DNA from: Ignavibacteriota bacterium
GTDB lineage: Bacteria > Bacteroidota > Ignavibacteria > UBA10030 > BY39
Direction of reading: 5' to 3'
NCBI GenBank assembly: GCA_003327435.1
Contig: QOQV01000011.1
Coordinates: 2,697 to 66,696 of the forward strand
DNA length: 64,000 bases
Of the stretch, positions 30,495 through 40,795 are shown in pieces. How positions within the stretch are numbered: the first letter of the stretch is position 1; the number at the start of each line of letters is the position of its first letter. The translations under genes and the position numbers were made by a program. The notes beneath the pieces were generated by a model. The model was not told the DNA's origin. It saw only the letters and a list, made by a program, of their open reading frames with translations, and did not search any database.

Positions 30495-31199
30495 TATACT
30501 CGCTAACCCTACTGATGCAGCATAAATTGTTTTACAACCTGCTTCTTTTAAAACCTGCCCTGCCGATGCAACTGTAGAGCCCGTTGTTATTACATCATCA
30601 ACTACAACTACAACCGCATCCTTTAATAATTCATAATATTTTCTGTTAACACTAAAAGCATCCTTTACATTTTCTTTCCTTTCCTGAAAAGTTAACTCGG
30701 TTTGCGTTTTTGTATATCGAGTTCTGATAATTAAATCATTTTTAAACTCAATTCCTGATACTTCAGAAATTCCCCGACAAATATAATCAACCTGGTTGTA
30801 TCCGCGTTCTCTATATTTTAATTTATGTAATGGAACAGCAGTCAATATATCGAACTTACCCAATTCATTTTCTATCTTTACACCCAATTCTCTTCCAAAT
30901 GTAATTCCTATTGATTTTATTTTTTTATATTTTAAGAGATGAATTGTTTCTTGAAATTTCCCATCTTTTTCAAAAATATATAATGAACAAAATTTATCAA
31001 TAATACCATCATTTTTGAAACGCTCCATTAGTAATTGAAATTCAATTGAACTTTTTTCAACTTTTTTAAATTCTGACCAACATTTTATGCATACACAAAA
31101 TTTAGCATCCTCGATTAGTTGATTACAAAGAAAACAAACAGGCGGATAGACAAAATTTAAAATTGGGTCTATAAAAAAATTCTTAAACCATTTTAACAT
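30492..31199 (-). CDS. comF: ComF family protein (phosphoribosyltransferase-like, N-terminal Cys-rich motif)
   Basis: 235 aa. It has CFLC...CIKC zinc-finger-like pairs and a C-terminal PRTase motif VVVVDDVITTGSTV. Confidence 0.8.
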   Translation of the reverse strand: MLKWFKNFFIDPILNFVYPPVCFLCNQLIEDAKFCVCIKCWSEFKKVEKSSIEFQLLMERFKNDGIIDKFCSLYIFEKDGKFQETIHLLKYKKIKSIGITFGRELGVKIENELGKFDILTAVPLHKLKYRERGYNQVDYICRGISEVSGIEFKNDLIIRTRYTKTQTELTFQERKENVKDAFSVNRKYYELLKDAVVVVVDDVITTGSTVASAGQVLKEAGCKTIYAASVGLASI

Positions 31200-31202
31200 A
31201 TT

Positions 31203-33239
31203 TTATAAATTTGTTGACTCAATTCGTTTAATTTCGTCACGGATTTTAGCCGCTCTTTCAAATTCGAGGTCTTTAGCAGCCTGGTGCATTTCCCTGTAAA
31301 GTTCCTGAATAAGATCCTTCTTTTGTTCTTTTGTAAGATATTTTATCAATCTTTCGGAAACAATTGGAATTTTCTTCTTTTCAATTCTATCATCACGCGA
31401 AGCTTTTACATCCGCAACAGATGTGCTGGCTAATATTTCATCAACAGTTTTATAAATTGTTTTAGGATTAATGTTGTGCTTTTTGTTGTATTCAATTTGT
31501 TTTTTCCTTCTTCTATTTGTTTCATCAATCATACGTTGCATAGAATTTGTAATCCTGTCAGCATATAAGATGACTTTACCGTTAATATTTCTTGCAGTTC
31601 TTCCGGCTGTTTGAATCAGGGAGGTTTCAGAACGCAGAAAACCTTCTTTATCCGCATCTAAAATTGCAACAAGTGAAACTTCAGGAAAGTCCAGACCTTC
31701 CCGCAATAAATTTACACCAACCAGAACATCGAATTCACCGAGACGAAGGTCACGTAAGGTCTCAACTCTGGTAAGAGCATCAACTTCTGAATGTATATAT
31801 TGGACTTTTACATTTAAGTTTGCGAGATATTCTGTTAAATCTTCTGCCATCCTTTTTGTTAATGTTGTAACCAGCACTCTTTCTTTTTTCTTAACCCTTT
31901 GGCGAATTTCAGACAAGAGATCATCTATTTGATTTTTGATTGGTCGAACCTCAACTTCCGGGTCTACAAGCCCTGTAGGTCTGATGACCTGTTCAACAAA
32001 AACGCCACCTGATTTTTTTAATTCATACTCACCGGGTGTTGCGCTCACAAAAATTACCTGATCAACCATTTGTTCCCATTCTTCAAAAGTTAGCGGACGG
32101 TTATCCAGAGCTGAGGGTAGACGAAATCCATGTTCAACAAGCGTCATTTTTCTTGAACGATCCCCGTGCGACATACCTGCAATTTGCGGAACTGACACAT
32201 GCGATTCATCAACAATTGTGATAAAATCCTTTCCAGTGCCATCAGGTTTATCAGGAAAATAATCCAGCAAGCAAAACGGTCTTGATCCAGCTGGTCTACC
32301 ACTTATATGTCTCGAATAATTTTCTATACCTGAACAATATCCAACTTCGCGCATCATTTCCATATCAAATCTTGTTCGCTGCTCAAGTCTTTGTGCTTCA
32401 AGGAGTTTACCCTGCATTCTTAACTCTTTCAGACGCTCATTCAGTTCTTCCTCGATACTTATCAATGCCCTTTCGATTGATGGTCGAGATGTGACAAATT
32501 GCTTAGCAGGATAGATAACTTCGTAATCAGTTTGTCCTGTAATTTCTCCTGTAATTGGATTCACATAGGATATCTTTTCTATAAGTTTATCGAACATCTC
32601 GATCCTGATAGCTTCTGCCTGTTCATAACCAGGTATAATTTCAATTACATCGCCACGCACACGAAAAGTACCCCGTTTAAATTCAAAATCATTTCGCAGG
32701 TAATGAATGTCCAACAATTTTCTTAATAACTCGTTTCTCTCTATTTTTTCACCAACTCTCAGAGGTACTAACTGACTCATCCATTCTTCAGGAGAACCTA
32801 AACCATAAATACAACTTACAGATGCTACAATAATGACATTTCTATCTCCGCTCATCAAGGCACTTGTAGCTCTTAACCTTAATCTATCAATTTCATCATT
32901 AATGGATGCATCCTTCTCAATATAAGTATCAGTTTGAGGTACATAAGCTTCAGGTTGATAGTAATCATAATAACTTATAAAAAATTCAACTCTATTGTGA
33001 GGAAAGAATTGTTTAAATTCACCATACAATTGTGCAGCTAAGGTTTTGTTATGTGACATTACGAGAACAGGTTTATCAAAGTATGATATCACATTAGAGA
33101 TCGTAAATGTTTTCCCGCTCCCCGTTACACCAAGTAATGTTTGAAATTTTCTACCTTCTCTTAATCCATCAACGAGTTGTTTTATCGCCTCAGGTTGATC
33201 TCCACTTGGTTTGAACTCAGATTTTAAAATGTAAGGCAT
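31203..33239 (-). CDS. uvrB: excinuclease ABC subunit B
   Basis: 678 aa. It has [14 protein letters not shown], the beta-hairpin region [10 protein letters not shown] and a C-terminal UVR domain ([13 protein letters not shown]). Confidence 0.97.
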   Translation of the reverse strand: MPYILKSEFKPSGDQPEAIKQLVDGLREGRKFQTLLGVTGSGKTFTISNVISYFDKPVLVMSHNKTLAAQLYGEFKQFFPHNRVEFFISYYDYYQPEAYVPQTDTYIEKDASINDEIDRLRLRATSALMSGDRNVIIVASVSCIYGLGSPEEWMSQLVPLRVGEKIERNELLRKLLDIHYLRNDFEFKRGTFRVRGDVIEIIPGYEQAEAIRIEMFDKLIEKISYVNPITGEITGQTDYEVIYPAKQFVTSRPSIERALISIEEELNERLKELRMQGKLLEAQRLEQRTRFDMEMMREVGYCSGIENYSRHISGRPAGSRPFCLLDYFPDKPDGTGKDFITIVDESHVSVPQIAGMSHGDRSRKMTLVEHGFRLPSALDNRPLTFEEWEQMVDQVIFVSATPGEYELKKSGGVFVEQVIRPTGLVDPEVEVRPIKNQIDDLLSEIRQRVKKKERVLVTTLTKRMAEDLTEYLANLNVKVQYIHSEVDALTRVETLRDLRLGEFDVLVGVNLLREGLDFPEVSLVAILDADKEGFLRSETSLIQTAGRTARNINGKVILYADRITNSMQRMIDETNRRRKKQIEYNKKHNINPKTIYKTVDEILASTSVADVKASRDDRIEKKKIPIVSERLIKYLTKEQKKDLIQELYREMHQAAKDLEFERAAKIRDEIKRIESTNL

Positions 33240-33381
33240 CTTAAATATTACAATCTTAATTGCTTAATGTATGTTGGAATTCGGATTCCTAATAAATAAA
33301 TCCAAAATTTGATTCTTCTGTTATAAAATATAACAAAATAAGAAATAAAAAAGAATTGATTCGAACCTATTAAAACATTTT

Positions 33382-34602
33382 CTATTCGTATCTTAATGCT
33401 TCTATTGGATTGAGTGATGCAGCTTTTCTTGCCGGGTAAAATCCAAAAAACACACCCACAGCAGTTGAGAAAAGAACTGCAAGTACGATGGAGCCACTTG
33501 ATATGAAAGTAGGCCAGCCGGCAAATTTAGATATCATACTTGAACCACCAACACCCATAAGAATTCCTATAATACCACCGACAAGACTTAAGACTATTGC
33601 TTCGATCAGGAATTGAATTAAAATATCTCTTCTACGTGCACCGATTGACATTCTGATTCCTATCTCGCGTGTTCGCTCAGTAACAGATACGAGCATTATA
33701 TTCATTATCCCGATTCCTCCGACGATTAAAGAAACTGAAGCAATACTTCCCAAAAGAATAGTCATAATTCGTGAGGTGGCAGTTGCAGTTTCAGCAATAT
33801 CTGTCTGATTTCTAATTGTGAAATCATTATCTTCCCAGGGCTGTAATCTATGTCGGATTCTTAAAACATTTGTAGCTTCTTCCTGTGCCTGAAAAATTTT
33901 ATCTTTGCTCACAGCAGAAATCATTATTCCCCAGATGAAATTGATACCTAACAGGCGTTTTTGCACTGTTGTATAAGGAGCAACAATAATATCATCCTGA
34001 TCCTGTCCACTGACACTTTGACCTTTAGATTTTAAAACTCCAACCACTTTAAATGGTATATTTCTTATTCTAATAGTTTGGCCAACTGGATCAGTACCCT
34101 GGAATAAATTATTTGCAACAGTTTTACCAATTACGCATACCTTTGCTGTTGCTTTTACATCGGCTTCTGTGAAAAATTCTCCACTTTCTATTTTCCAATC
34201 TCTAATCATAAAGAAATCCACAGAGCCACCCTGAACTGCTGTACTCCAGTTTAAATTTCCTGCTATAATTTGTGAAGGTGCTCTAAGCATCGGACTCATA
34301 TACGCAACTGAGGGACACTGTTCAAGAATCGCCTGTGCATCCTCAATGGTCAGAGTCGATGCACTCCCGGCACCACCACTCACACCACCTCTGGTACTTG
34401 CGCCAGGGTATATTAACAAAACATTTTGTCCCAAACTGGCAATCTGAGATTCAACAGAATATGAAGCACCCTGTCCGACTGCAATCATTGCAATCACAGC
34501 ACCGACACCAATGATAATACCTAACATCGTAAGCATTGAACGCATTTTGTTACGAATCAATGCATCGAAAGCAATTGCAAAAATTTCATACAATCTCATC
34601 AT
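33382..34602 (-). CDS. ABC transporter permease, MacB/FtsX-like (no ATPase domain)
   Basis: 406 aa. It has an N-terminal TM helix, a large periplasmic domain, and a C-terminal FtsX 3-TM bundle (ERTREIGIRMSIGARRRDI). Confidence 0.85.
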   Translation of the reverse strand: MMRLYEIFAIAFDALIRNKMRSMLTMLGIIIGVGAVIAMIAVGQGASYSVESQIASLGQNVLLIYPGASTRGGVSGGAGSASTLTIEDAQAILEQCPSVAYMSPMLRAPSQIIAGNLNWSTAVQGGSVDFFMIRDWKIESGEFFTEADVKATAKVCVIGKTVANNLFQGTDPVGQTIRIRNIPFKVVGVLKSKGQSVSGQDQDDIIVAPYTTVQKRLLGINFIWGIMISAVSKDKIFQAQEEATNVLRIRHRLQPWEDNDFTIRNQTDIAETATATSRIMTILLGSIASVSLIVGGIGIMNIMLVSVTERTREIGIRMSIGARRRDILIQFLIEAIVLSLVGGIIGILMGVGGSSMISKFAGWPTFISSGSIVLAVLFSTAVGVFFGFYPARKAASLNPIEALRYE

Positions 34603-34604
34603 AG

Positions 34605-35945
34605 CTAAAATCCCATTCTTCTTCCACTAGGTGCTGGTTGTGGGCTAAACGGGTTTCTTTGTGCCTGAGACATTCCAGGTGCTCCTGCGGTTTCCATTCC
34701 GATTACTACTTCATCCCCTTCATTAATTCTACCACCAATTACTTCAACATACCTGTTATCTGAGATACCTGTTCTGACGATAGTAGGTCTTATGTTACCT
34801 TTCTCATCCTTAACCCAGATGCGTTGTATTTGTCTTGATTTATTGCCACTTGAACCTCCCTGGAAAAATTCTCTCATTCTTGCAAAATTTCCAGGTGGAT
34901 TCCCGATTGAACCACGTGGTTCAAAATTTGAATTAGTTGAATCTGAATTATGTCTCTTATTTAGAGAATCAGCAGATTTAAATTTTTCCATCAATTCTTT
35001 TTCTGCTTTTTCGACAACATCTGCAGGTGGTTGAAACCTAAGTGCAAGCGCAGGTATTCTTAAAACTTCTTCTCTCCTATCAACAAGTATTGATACAGTT
35101 GCCGTCATACCAGGCATCAACTTCATATCTGGATTTGGTACTTCGATAATGACTGTATATGTAACTACATTTTGAACCATCTGCGGGGCAAGTCGAATTT
35201 GTGTAACAGTACCCTCAAATTCAACTCCTGGATAGGCATCCACAGTAAATGTAACTTTTTGCCCTATTTTTACATTTCCGATATCAGCTTCATCTACATT
35301 TGCCTCTACCTGCATTTTCTTAAGATCGTTTGCGATAACAAACAACTTTGGTGCCTGCAAACTCGCAGCAACAGTCTGCCCTACATCCACTTCTCGTGAT
35401 ATAACTATACCATCTATTGGTGAACGAATGATCGAATAGCGTAAATTTACCTTTGCACGATCAAGTGATGCCTGTGCCTGTTTGAGTTGAGCAAGTGAGG
35501 TTTCATAACTTGTTTGTGCTGCATCCATCTCTGCTTGTGAAACAAGATTCTTTTTAAAGAGTTCTTCTGTGCGTTTTAAATTTCTATAAGCTTCGTTTGA
35601 TTGTGCAAGTGCTCTCTCGTAATTTGCCTCCGCTTCTTTAACCGATGCAGCCAGGAAAGTTGAATCAATCTGCGCAATTATCTGTCCTTCACGAACCTGG
35701 CTATTGAAATCGACATATATTTTTGATATTATGCCGCTTACCTGCGAACCAACCTGGACAGTTTTAACAGGATTAAGTGTCCCAGTTGCTCGTACTACTA
35801 CGGTAATATCTCCACGAGTAACTTTTTCTGTTCTATAATTAATTTCCTCAGCTGATCCGCGGAAGAAAATAAAGTATGTTGCTGATATCAATATTACCAA
35901 TGTTATTGTTATATAAATAATTTTCTTTTTCATTGACTTTTTCAT
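34605..35945 (-). CDS. efflux periplasmic adaptor, MacA/HlyD family
   Basis: 446 aa. It has a TM anchor, a lipoyl-like motif (VREGQIIAQIDS), a long coiled-coil hairpin and IRSPIDGIVISR. Confidence 0.85.
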   Translation of the reverse strand: MKKSMKKKIIYITITLVILISATYFIFFRGSAEEINYRTEKVTRGDITVVVRATGTLNPVKTVQVGSQVSGIISKIYVDFNSQVREGQIIAQIDSTFLAASVKEAEANYERALAQSNEAYRNLKRTEELFKKNLVSQAEMDAAQTSYETSLAQLKQAQASLDRAKVNLRYSIIRSPIDGIVISREVDVGQTVAASLQAPKLFVIANDLKKMQVEANVDEADIGNVKIGQKVTFTVDAYPGVEFEGTVTQIRLAPQMVQNVVTYTVIIEVPNPDMKLMPGMTATVSILVDRREEVLRIPALALRFQPPADVVEKAEKELMEKFKSADSLNKRHNSDSTNSNFEPRGSIGNPPGNFARMREFFQGGSSGNKSRQIQRIWVKDEKGNIRPTIVRTGISDNRYVEVIGGRINEGDEVVIGMETAGAPGMSQAQRNPFSPQPAPSGRRMGF

Positions 35946-36940
35946 CCTTTTGACTTTTTACTAAAGATTCCTTCTATAAAATTTCCATCTTTCATTATAA
36001 TTTTATCATCAAACCATACAGTTGGTGATTTTATCAAACCATCGAGATGGCTTGCTACGCGAACCGAGCCCCCCATCGACTTATTATCGCCAAATGCTAT
36101 ATGTATTGTTCCCATTACCTTTTCATCCTCAAGAATTAATCCGGTAAGTATTGCCTTATCGTTAGTGCCTATACCAAATTCTGCAACATTTCGAGCATCT
36201 CTACCGTGTGGTTCAAAAAGTTTTTTCAATTTTTCAGCTTCTTCACCACCACTGATTTCCTCAGCGTATCCATTTTTGACGACTATCCTGATTGGAGTTT
36301 TAACCAGTCCAACACCAGCCATAGAACCATCAACTACAACAACACCATTCGACAAATTTTCTAATGGTGCCAGATATGCTTCACCTGTAGGTAGATTGCC
36401 CCAACTACCTTTCTCTCGGAAGAGTCCTGAACTTGCATGTGCAGTCCTTCCTTCCACAGGTAATGAAATATCTGTTCCTGCTGGAGCAGTAACGCGCACA
36501 ACTTTTGTTTTTTCTAATAACTCACATAATATAAAAGTTCTTTCAGCAATTTTATTGTAATCGGCATTCATACATCTAATCATAATTTCTTCAGTTACAC
36601 CTGGAAGTGTCGCAATTCGACTTCCAGAAGCTGAAGCGTTACGCCGTGCATCAGTATGTGTTAGTGATTTTGAAGTAGGACACATTACCACATCAAACTG
36701 TTTCATAAGTTCTGCAATTTGAAGTGGTGGTTCTTCACCGTTTGTTCTGCGTGGTTTAATTTCTACAATAACACTTTCTGCCGAAGTTAAATTTTTGGAA
36801 ACCTCAAATAATGCGTAACCAATTTTACGTAGAGGTTCATCGGTGAGAATTAAAACCGTCTCGTCGGGTTTCAATCCCATACAATCGCGTAAAGCGATTT
36901 CAGCAGATTTATATAATTCATTGCTAATGTTCACAATCAC
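35942..36940 (-). CDS. aminopeptidase, M29 (AmpS/PepS, aminopeptidase T)-like
   Basis: 332 aa. The pattern resembles COG2309-type thermophilic metallo-aminopeptidases (VAEFGIGTN, GTIHIAFGDN). It overlaps the macA-like start by 4 nt. Confidence 0.7.
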   Translation of the reverse strand: MIVNISNELYKSAEIALRDCMGLKPDETVLILTDEPLRKIGYALFEVSKNLTSAESVIVEIKPRRTNGEEPPLQIAELMKQFDVVMCPTSKSLTHTDARRNASASGSRIATLPGVTEEIMIRCMNADYNKIAERTFILCELLEKTKVVRVTAPAGTDISLPVEGRTAHASSGLFREKGSWGNLPTGEAYLAPLENLSNGVVVVDGSMAGVGLVKTPIRIVVKNGYAEEISGGEEAEKLKKLFEPHGRDARNVAEFGIGTNDKAILTGLILEDEKVMGTIHIAFGDNKSMGGSVRVASHLDGLIKSPTVWFDDKIIMKDGNFIEGIFSKKSKG

Positions 36941-36980
36941 ACTCTTTCGACGATTTAATTTAGATTGAGTTTAATTCGAT

Positions 36981-38342
36981 TTAAGATTTTTTTCTGGGTA
37001 GTTCAAGTCCATGTCCTTCTCTCCCGGTTTCAGTTTTTCTCAGCAAATAGGCAAAGACTAAACCAAAAAATCCGAGAGTTGAAAATATCCACATTCCTAA
37101 ATTATATCCTTCAGGATTGGAAGCACTTGCATTCGAATAGTCGTTCGCCCAACCAATTAATAGATTAAAGAGAAACAATCCAATATTCTGAATCATAGTC
37201 ATCAAACCATAAGCAGTACCTAATTTTGATTCATCTACCACCAGTGCGACAGATGGCCACATTACAGCAGGAATTAATGAAAAAGCAATTCCCATCATTG
37301 ACATAGGAATCATCAGATAAAATGGAATTTGAGAATTAATATCGAAAAAATCGATATTCAAATTTAAATATCCCTGAAGACCAAGTGGCGATGCAATGTC
37401 AATTTTATAAGCCATCATCAGATAAACAGGAATGATTAAAAAGGAACCAAACATCATTAAAAGGGATCTCTTTCCTATTTTATCAGCCAGCAATCCGAAG
37501 AGTGGTGTGAAAATCATTGCAGCAAGTGTAAGCATACTCGAAAGATTACCCCCAACTTCTCTTGTTGTACCATGTGCTTCCTGAAAAAATTTTATTGCAA
37601 AGGTTTGGAATGGAAACATAGCAGAATAAAAAGTTATACACAGGAATGTAATGTACCAGAAGGATTTATTAAAAGTGAATATTTCTTTCAGTACAACTTT
37701 TTCCTGCTGTCCTTCTTTTGGTAAAGAAAATATTCGGGAAGCTTTAACATCAAGGAAATAATAGATTATGATAAAAATTAGTGCAGAAACTCCAGCCGCA
37801 ATGGTTACAAAAAGTGGATACTGCCAGTATTCATAAAGTTGCCTGCCCCAGCTTGGTGAATTAAGTGCCATAAACGATCCGAGTCGGGCTACAGTAAGAT
37901 TGAGCCCGAATGCAAAAGATAATTCTTTTCCTTTAAACCATCGAGCAATAATTGTGGTGATTGCCACAATCATTGATTCTGCACCCAAGCCAAAGAGCAG
38001 CCTGCCAGCAGCCATCATATAAATTGAACCGCTAATAGCTGTTAAAATTGATCCCAGCATAACAAGGAATGTGAATATGAAGACAGCTTTTCTTGTACCG
38101 ATACGATCAATTATTACACCTCCAACCAATACCATAATAATATTGGGGAAACTATATATTGCATTCAACAGTCCAATGTTTGCATCAGAAAATCCAAGTT
38201 GGTTTTTGAGTAAATCGGCAAGAGGGCTGATGCTATCATAAATATAGTAATTCCCAAACATTGCCAGGCTAATAAAAAGCAGAACTGTCCAGCGATATAA
38301 TGTAGTGGGTTGTGGTTTTTCAATTTTGTTCAGATTTATCAT
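36981..38342 (-). CDS. MFS transporter
   Basis: 453 aa with about 12 TM helices and an MFS loop (DRIGTRKAV). Confidence 0.85.
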   Translation of the reverse strand: MINLNKIEKPQPTTLYRWTVLLFISLAMFGNYYIYDSISPLADLLKNQLGFSDANIGLLNAIYSFPNIIMVLVGGVIIDRIGTRKAVFIFTFLVMLGSILTAISGSIYMMAAGRLLFGLGAESMIVAITTIIARWFKGKELSFAFGLNLTVARLGSFMALNSPSWGRQLYEYWQYPLFVTIAAGVSALIFIIIYYFLDVKASRIFSLPKEGQQEKVVLKEIFTFNKSFWYITFLCITFYSAMFPFQTFAIKFFQEAHGTTREVGGNLSSMLTLAAMIFTPLFGLLADKIGKRSLLMMFGSFLIIPVYLMMAYKIDIASPLGLQGYLNLNIDFFDINSQIPFYLMIPMSMMGIAFSLIPAVMWPSVALVVDESKLGTAYGLMTMIQNIGLFLFNLLIGWANDYSNASASNPEGYNLGMWIFSTLGFFGLVFAYLLRKTETGREGHGLELPRKKS

Positions 38343-38365
38343 AAATTACTCAATATAAATATAAT

Positions 38366-38689
38366 TTATACAATTGCCCTTCTTAAAATCTTTTTAAGCT
38401 GATGTATCCTTTTCCTTACAGCATGTAATTTCTCTTTATCTTTTGCCGCAATTGCCTGATCGCGCTCAACTTTTAACTGACGAATTTCTGCTTTAATCTT
38501 TCCTTTGTTACTCAATGCTGCTCTGTGATGAGCTGCTATATCGACACCTAAAACTTTGCAGAGTATTGGTAGTAATTTATCCTTATGCATTGTGCTGTGA
38601 CCTTTTAAGTCATCGTGCTCAATAGTATCTGCAATTTTACGAAGCTCATTTACTGTCATTTTGCTTAATTCATCATATGTGTAAGGCAT
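38366..38689 (-). CDS. small basic hypothetical protein with a Rho-N/SAP-like N-terminal motif
   Basis: 107 aa. It has MTVNELRKIADTI (a helix-extended-helix-like motif) and a Lys/Arg-rich coiled C-terminus. I did not recognise a family. Confidence 0.5.
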   Translation of the reverse strand: MPYTYDELSKMTVNELRKIADTIEHDDLKGHSTMHKDKLLPILCKVLGVDIAAHHRAALSNKGKIKAEIRQLKVERDQAIAAKDKEKLHAVRKRIHQLKKILRRAIV

Positions 38690-38888
38690 AATTAAACTCC
38701 GTTATTGTTTTGTTTAACTTATTTCAAATTTTATTAAAAATATGAATTTTTAGGAGTATTTGCAAAAAGCTGTATTACATTTAAAAATATTATTCTTTCT
38801 GTCTGATGTAAAGTGGATAGCTTTTCTCCCATATTTTTTAATGAATCCGTAATTAGACCTATGAACAAAGAATCTGACAAAGTATAAT

Positions 38889-39450
38889 CGGAGTCTTCAC
38901 TTCGTTCAGGATTACAATTCGCCTTTGTCATTCTGAACGAGTCCGTCGGTAGACGGACGAGTGAAGAATCTGATTGAATATTGTCATATGTTTCGCTAAC
39001 GCTCAACATGACAGGAAAGACGATTTGCTTGTTTTTCAAACGCAAAGAACGCAGAGTTAACGCAAAGAGCGCTAAGTATATTAACAAATATGTCAGATGC
39101 TTCGCTGCGCTCAGCATGACAATCACCCCTTGTCATTCTGAACGAGTCCGTCGGTAGACGGACGAGTGAAGAATCTGATTGAATATTGTCATATGTTTCG
39201 CTAACGCTCAACATGACAGGAAAGACGATTTGCTTGTTTTTCAAACGCAAAGAACGCAGAGTTAACGCAAAGAGCGCTAAGGATATTAACAAATATGTCA
39301 GATGCTTCGCTGCGCTCAGCATGACAATCACCCCTTGTCATTCTGAACGAGTCCGTCGGTAGACGGACGAGTGAAGAATCTGACTGAGTGTAATCAGATC
39401 CTTCTCCGCCAGAGGCGGATCAGGATGACATTTTGGCCTTGTCATTCTTT
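38889..39450. repeat. tandem 205-bp intergenic repeat built from hairpin-rich REP/MITE-like modules
   Basis: Units 38926-39130 and 39131-39335 differ at one position (T/G), i.e. 204/205 identity. A third copy is truncated after about 49 nt (39336-39384). A diverged partial copy precedes the array (38889-38925), and further hairpins and GTCATTC cores follow to about 39450. Confidence 0.9.
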
Positions 39451-39497
39451 TATGTTAAAAAGCAAGCCTCGATAAAAAGTCGTTTGATAATAACTAT

Positions 39498-40778
39498 TTA
39501 CGTTCCAGAAGTATAATCATTTATATATTTTTCCTGCTCAGGCGTTAGCTTATCGATTTTGATTCCCATAGTTTTCAACTTTAATTCAGCAATTTCCTGA
39601 TCCTGTTCGATAGGAATTTCGTGTACTTTATTCTCAAGTCGAATTCCCTTTTTATGCAATTCAACAAGTCGTAGTTGCGACATAAACTGGTTTGCAAACG
39701 ACATATCCATCACTTCAGAGGGATGACCTTCTGCAGCTGCTAAATTTACCAAACGACCTTTTGCTAATACAAATATTTTTTTGTCATTCTTCAGAATATA
39801 TTCTTCATTATTTGGTCTTACCTCTCTCACCTTTTTAGTCAATTTTGCTAAATCATTCAAATTAATCTCGCAATCATAATGGCCAGTGTTGCAAACAATG
39901 GCTCCGTTCTTCATTTTCTTAAAATGTCTTTCAACTATTACATCCTTAACACCAGTTGCAGTAATAAATACATCGCCTATTTTAGCTGCTTCATCCATCG
40001 TCATAACTCTCATACCATCCAGGTTTGCTTTCAATGCAGCGGTTGGTTTAACTTCAGTTATTATTACATTAGCCCCCATACCTTTTGCACGCATTGCAAC
40101 TCCTTTTCCACAATGTCCATAACCAGCAATTACAACATTTTTACCGGCAAGCATTATACTTGTTGCACGCAGTATTCCATCAATTGTTGACTGACCAGTT
40201 CCATAAACATTATCGAAGTCCCATTTTGTTTCGGCATCATTTACTGCAATTACTGGGTACTTCAAGGCACCATCATTTGCCATAGCTCGTAAGCGATGAA
40301 CACCGGTCGTGGTTTCCTCAGTACCACCAATTACATATTTTTCTGCATACTCTGGATGATTGTTATGAATTGTAAAAATCAAATCAGCGCCATCATCAAG
40401 AGTTAAATTGGGATGAATTTTTAGAGTTTCTTCAATGCACCAGTAAAATTCTTTCACTGACATTCCGTGCCATGCAAAAATCGAGATGCCCTCTTTAGCA
40501 AGAGCAGCAGCTACCATATCATTTGTTGATAGTGGATTACAACCACTCCAGCTTACCTGAGCACCAGCTTCAACAAAAGTTTTTATCAAAACAGCTGTTT
40601 CTTTAGTTACATGTAAACATCCTGCGATTTTATATCCTTTAAATGGTTTGGTTTTACTATATTTTTCTCTCAATGCCATCAGAACCGGCATTCTTGATTC
40701 AGCCCATTCGATTAACTTTTCACCTTCTTTTGCTAATTTTAAATCTCTGACTTTAAATTTACCAGCTTTGTAATCCAT
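39498..40778 (-). CDS. ahcY: adenosylhomocysteinase
   Basis: 426 aa. The N-terminus KVRDLKLAKEGEKLIEWAESRMPVLM, the NAD motif GYGHCGKGVA and the overall sequence are classic AhcY. Confidence 0.97.
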   Translation of the reverse strand: MDYKAGKFKVRDLKLAKEGEKLIEWAESRMPVLMALREKYSKTKPFKGYKIAGCLHVTKETAVLIKTFVEAGAQVSWSGCNPLSTNDMVAAALAKEGISIFAWHGMSVKEFYWCIEETLKIHPNLTLDDGADLIFTIHNNHPEYAEKYVIGGTEETTTGVHRLRAMANDGALKYPVIAVNDAETKWDFDNVYGTGQSTIDGILRATSIMLAGKNVVIAGYGHCGKGVAMRAKGMGANVIITEVKPTAALKANLDGMRVMTMDEAAKIGDVFITATGVKDVIVERHFKKMKNGAIVCNTGHYDCEINLNDLAKLTKKVREVRPNNEEYILKNDKKIFVLAKGRLVNLAAAEGHPSEVMDMSFANQFMSQLRLVELHKKGIRLENKVHEIPIEQDQEIAELKLKTMGIKIDKLTPEQEKYINDYTSGT

Positions 40779-40795
40779 ATTTTCCTTCTTTTATA

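Noticed and set aside
38734-39331. Two ORFs in the track (38734..39126 and 38996..39331, both starting MIVMLSAAKHLTYLL...) might be paralogous small proteins.
   Set aside because: They are translations of the 205-bp tandem repeat itself, so their near-identity follows automatically. They have no RBS and run through hairpin modules. They also belong to the well-known class of spurious ORFs generated by GTCATTCTGA...-type intergenic repeats. I report the region as a repeat instead.
38889-39450. The region could be a CRISPR array.
   Set aside because: The repeated units are 205 bp and directly abut each other with no unique spacers. There is no 25-40 bp repeat/spacer periodicity and no cas genes in the window.
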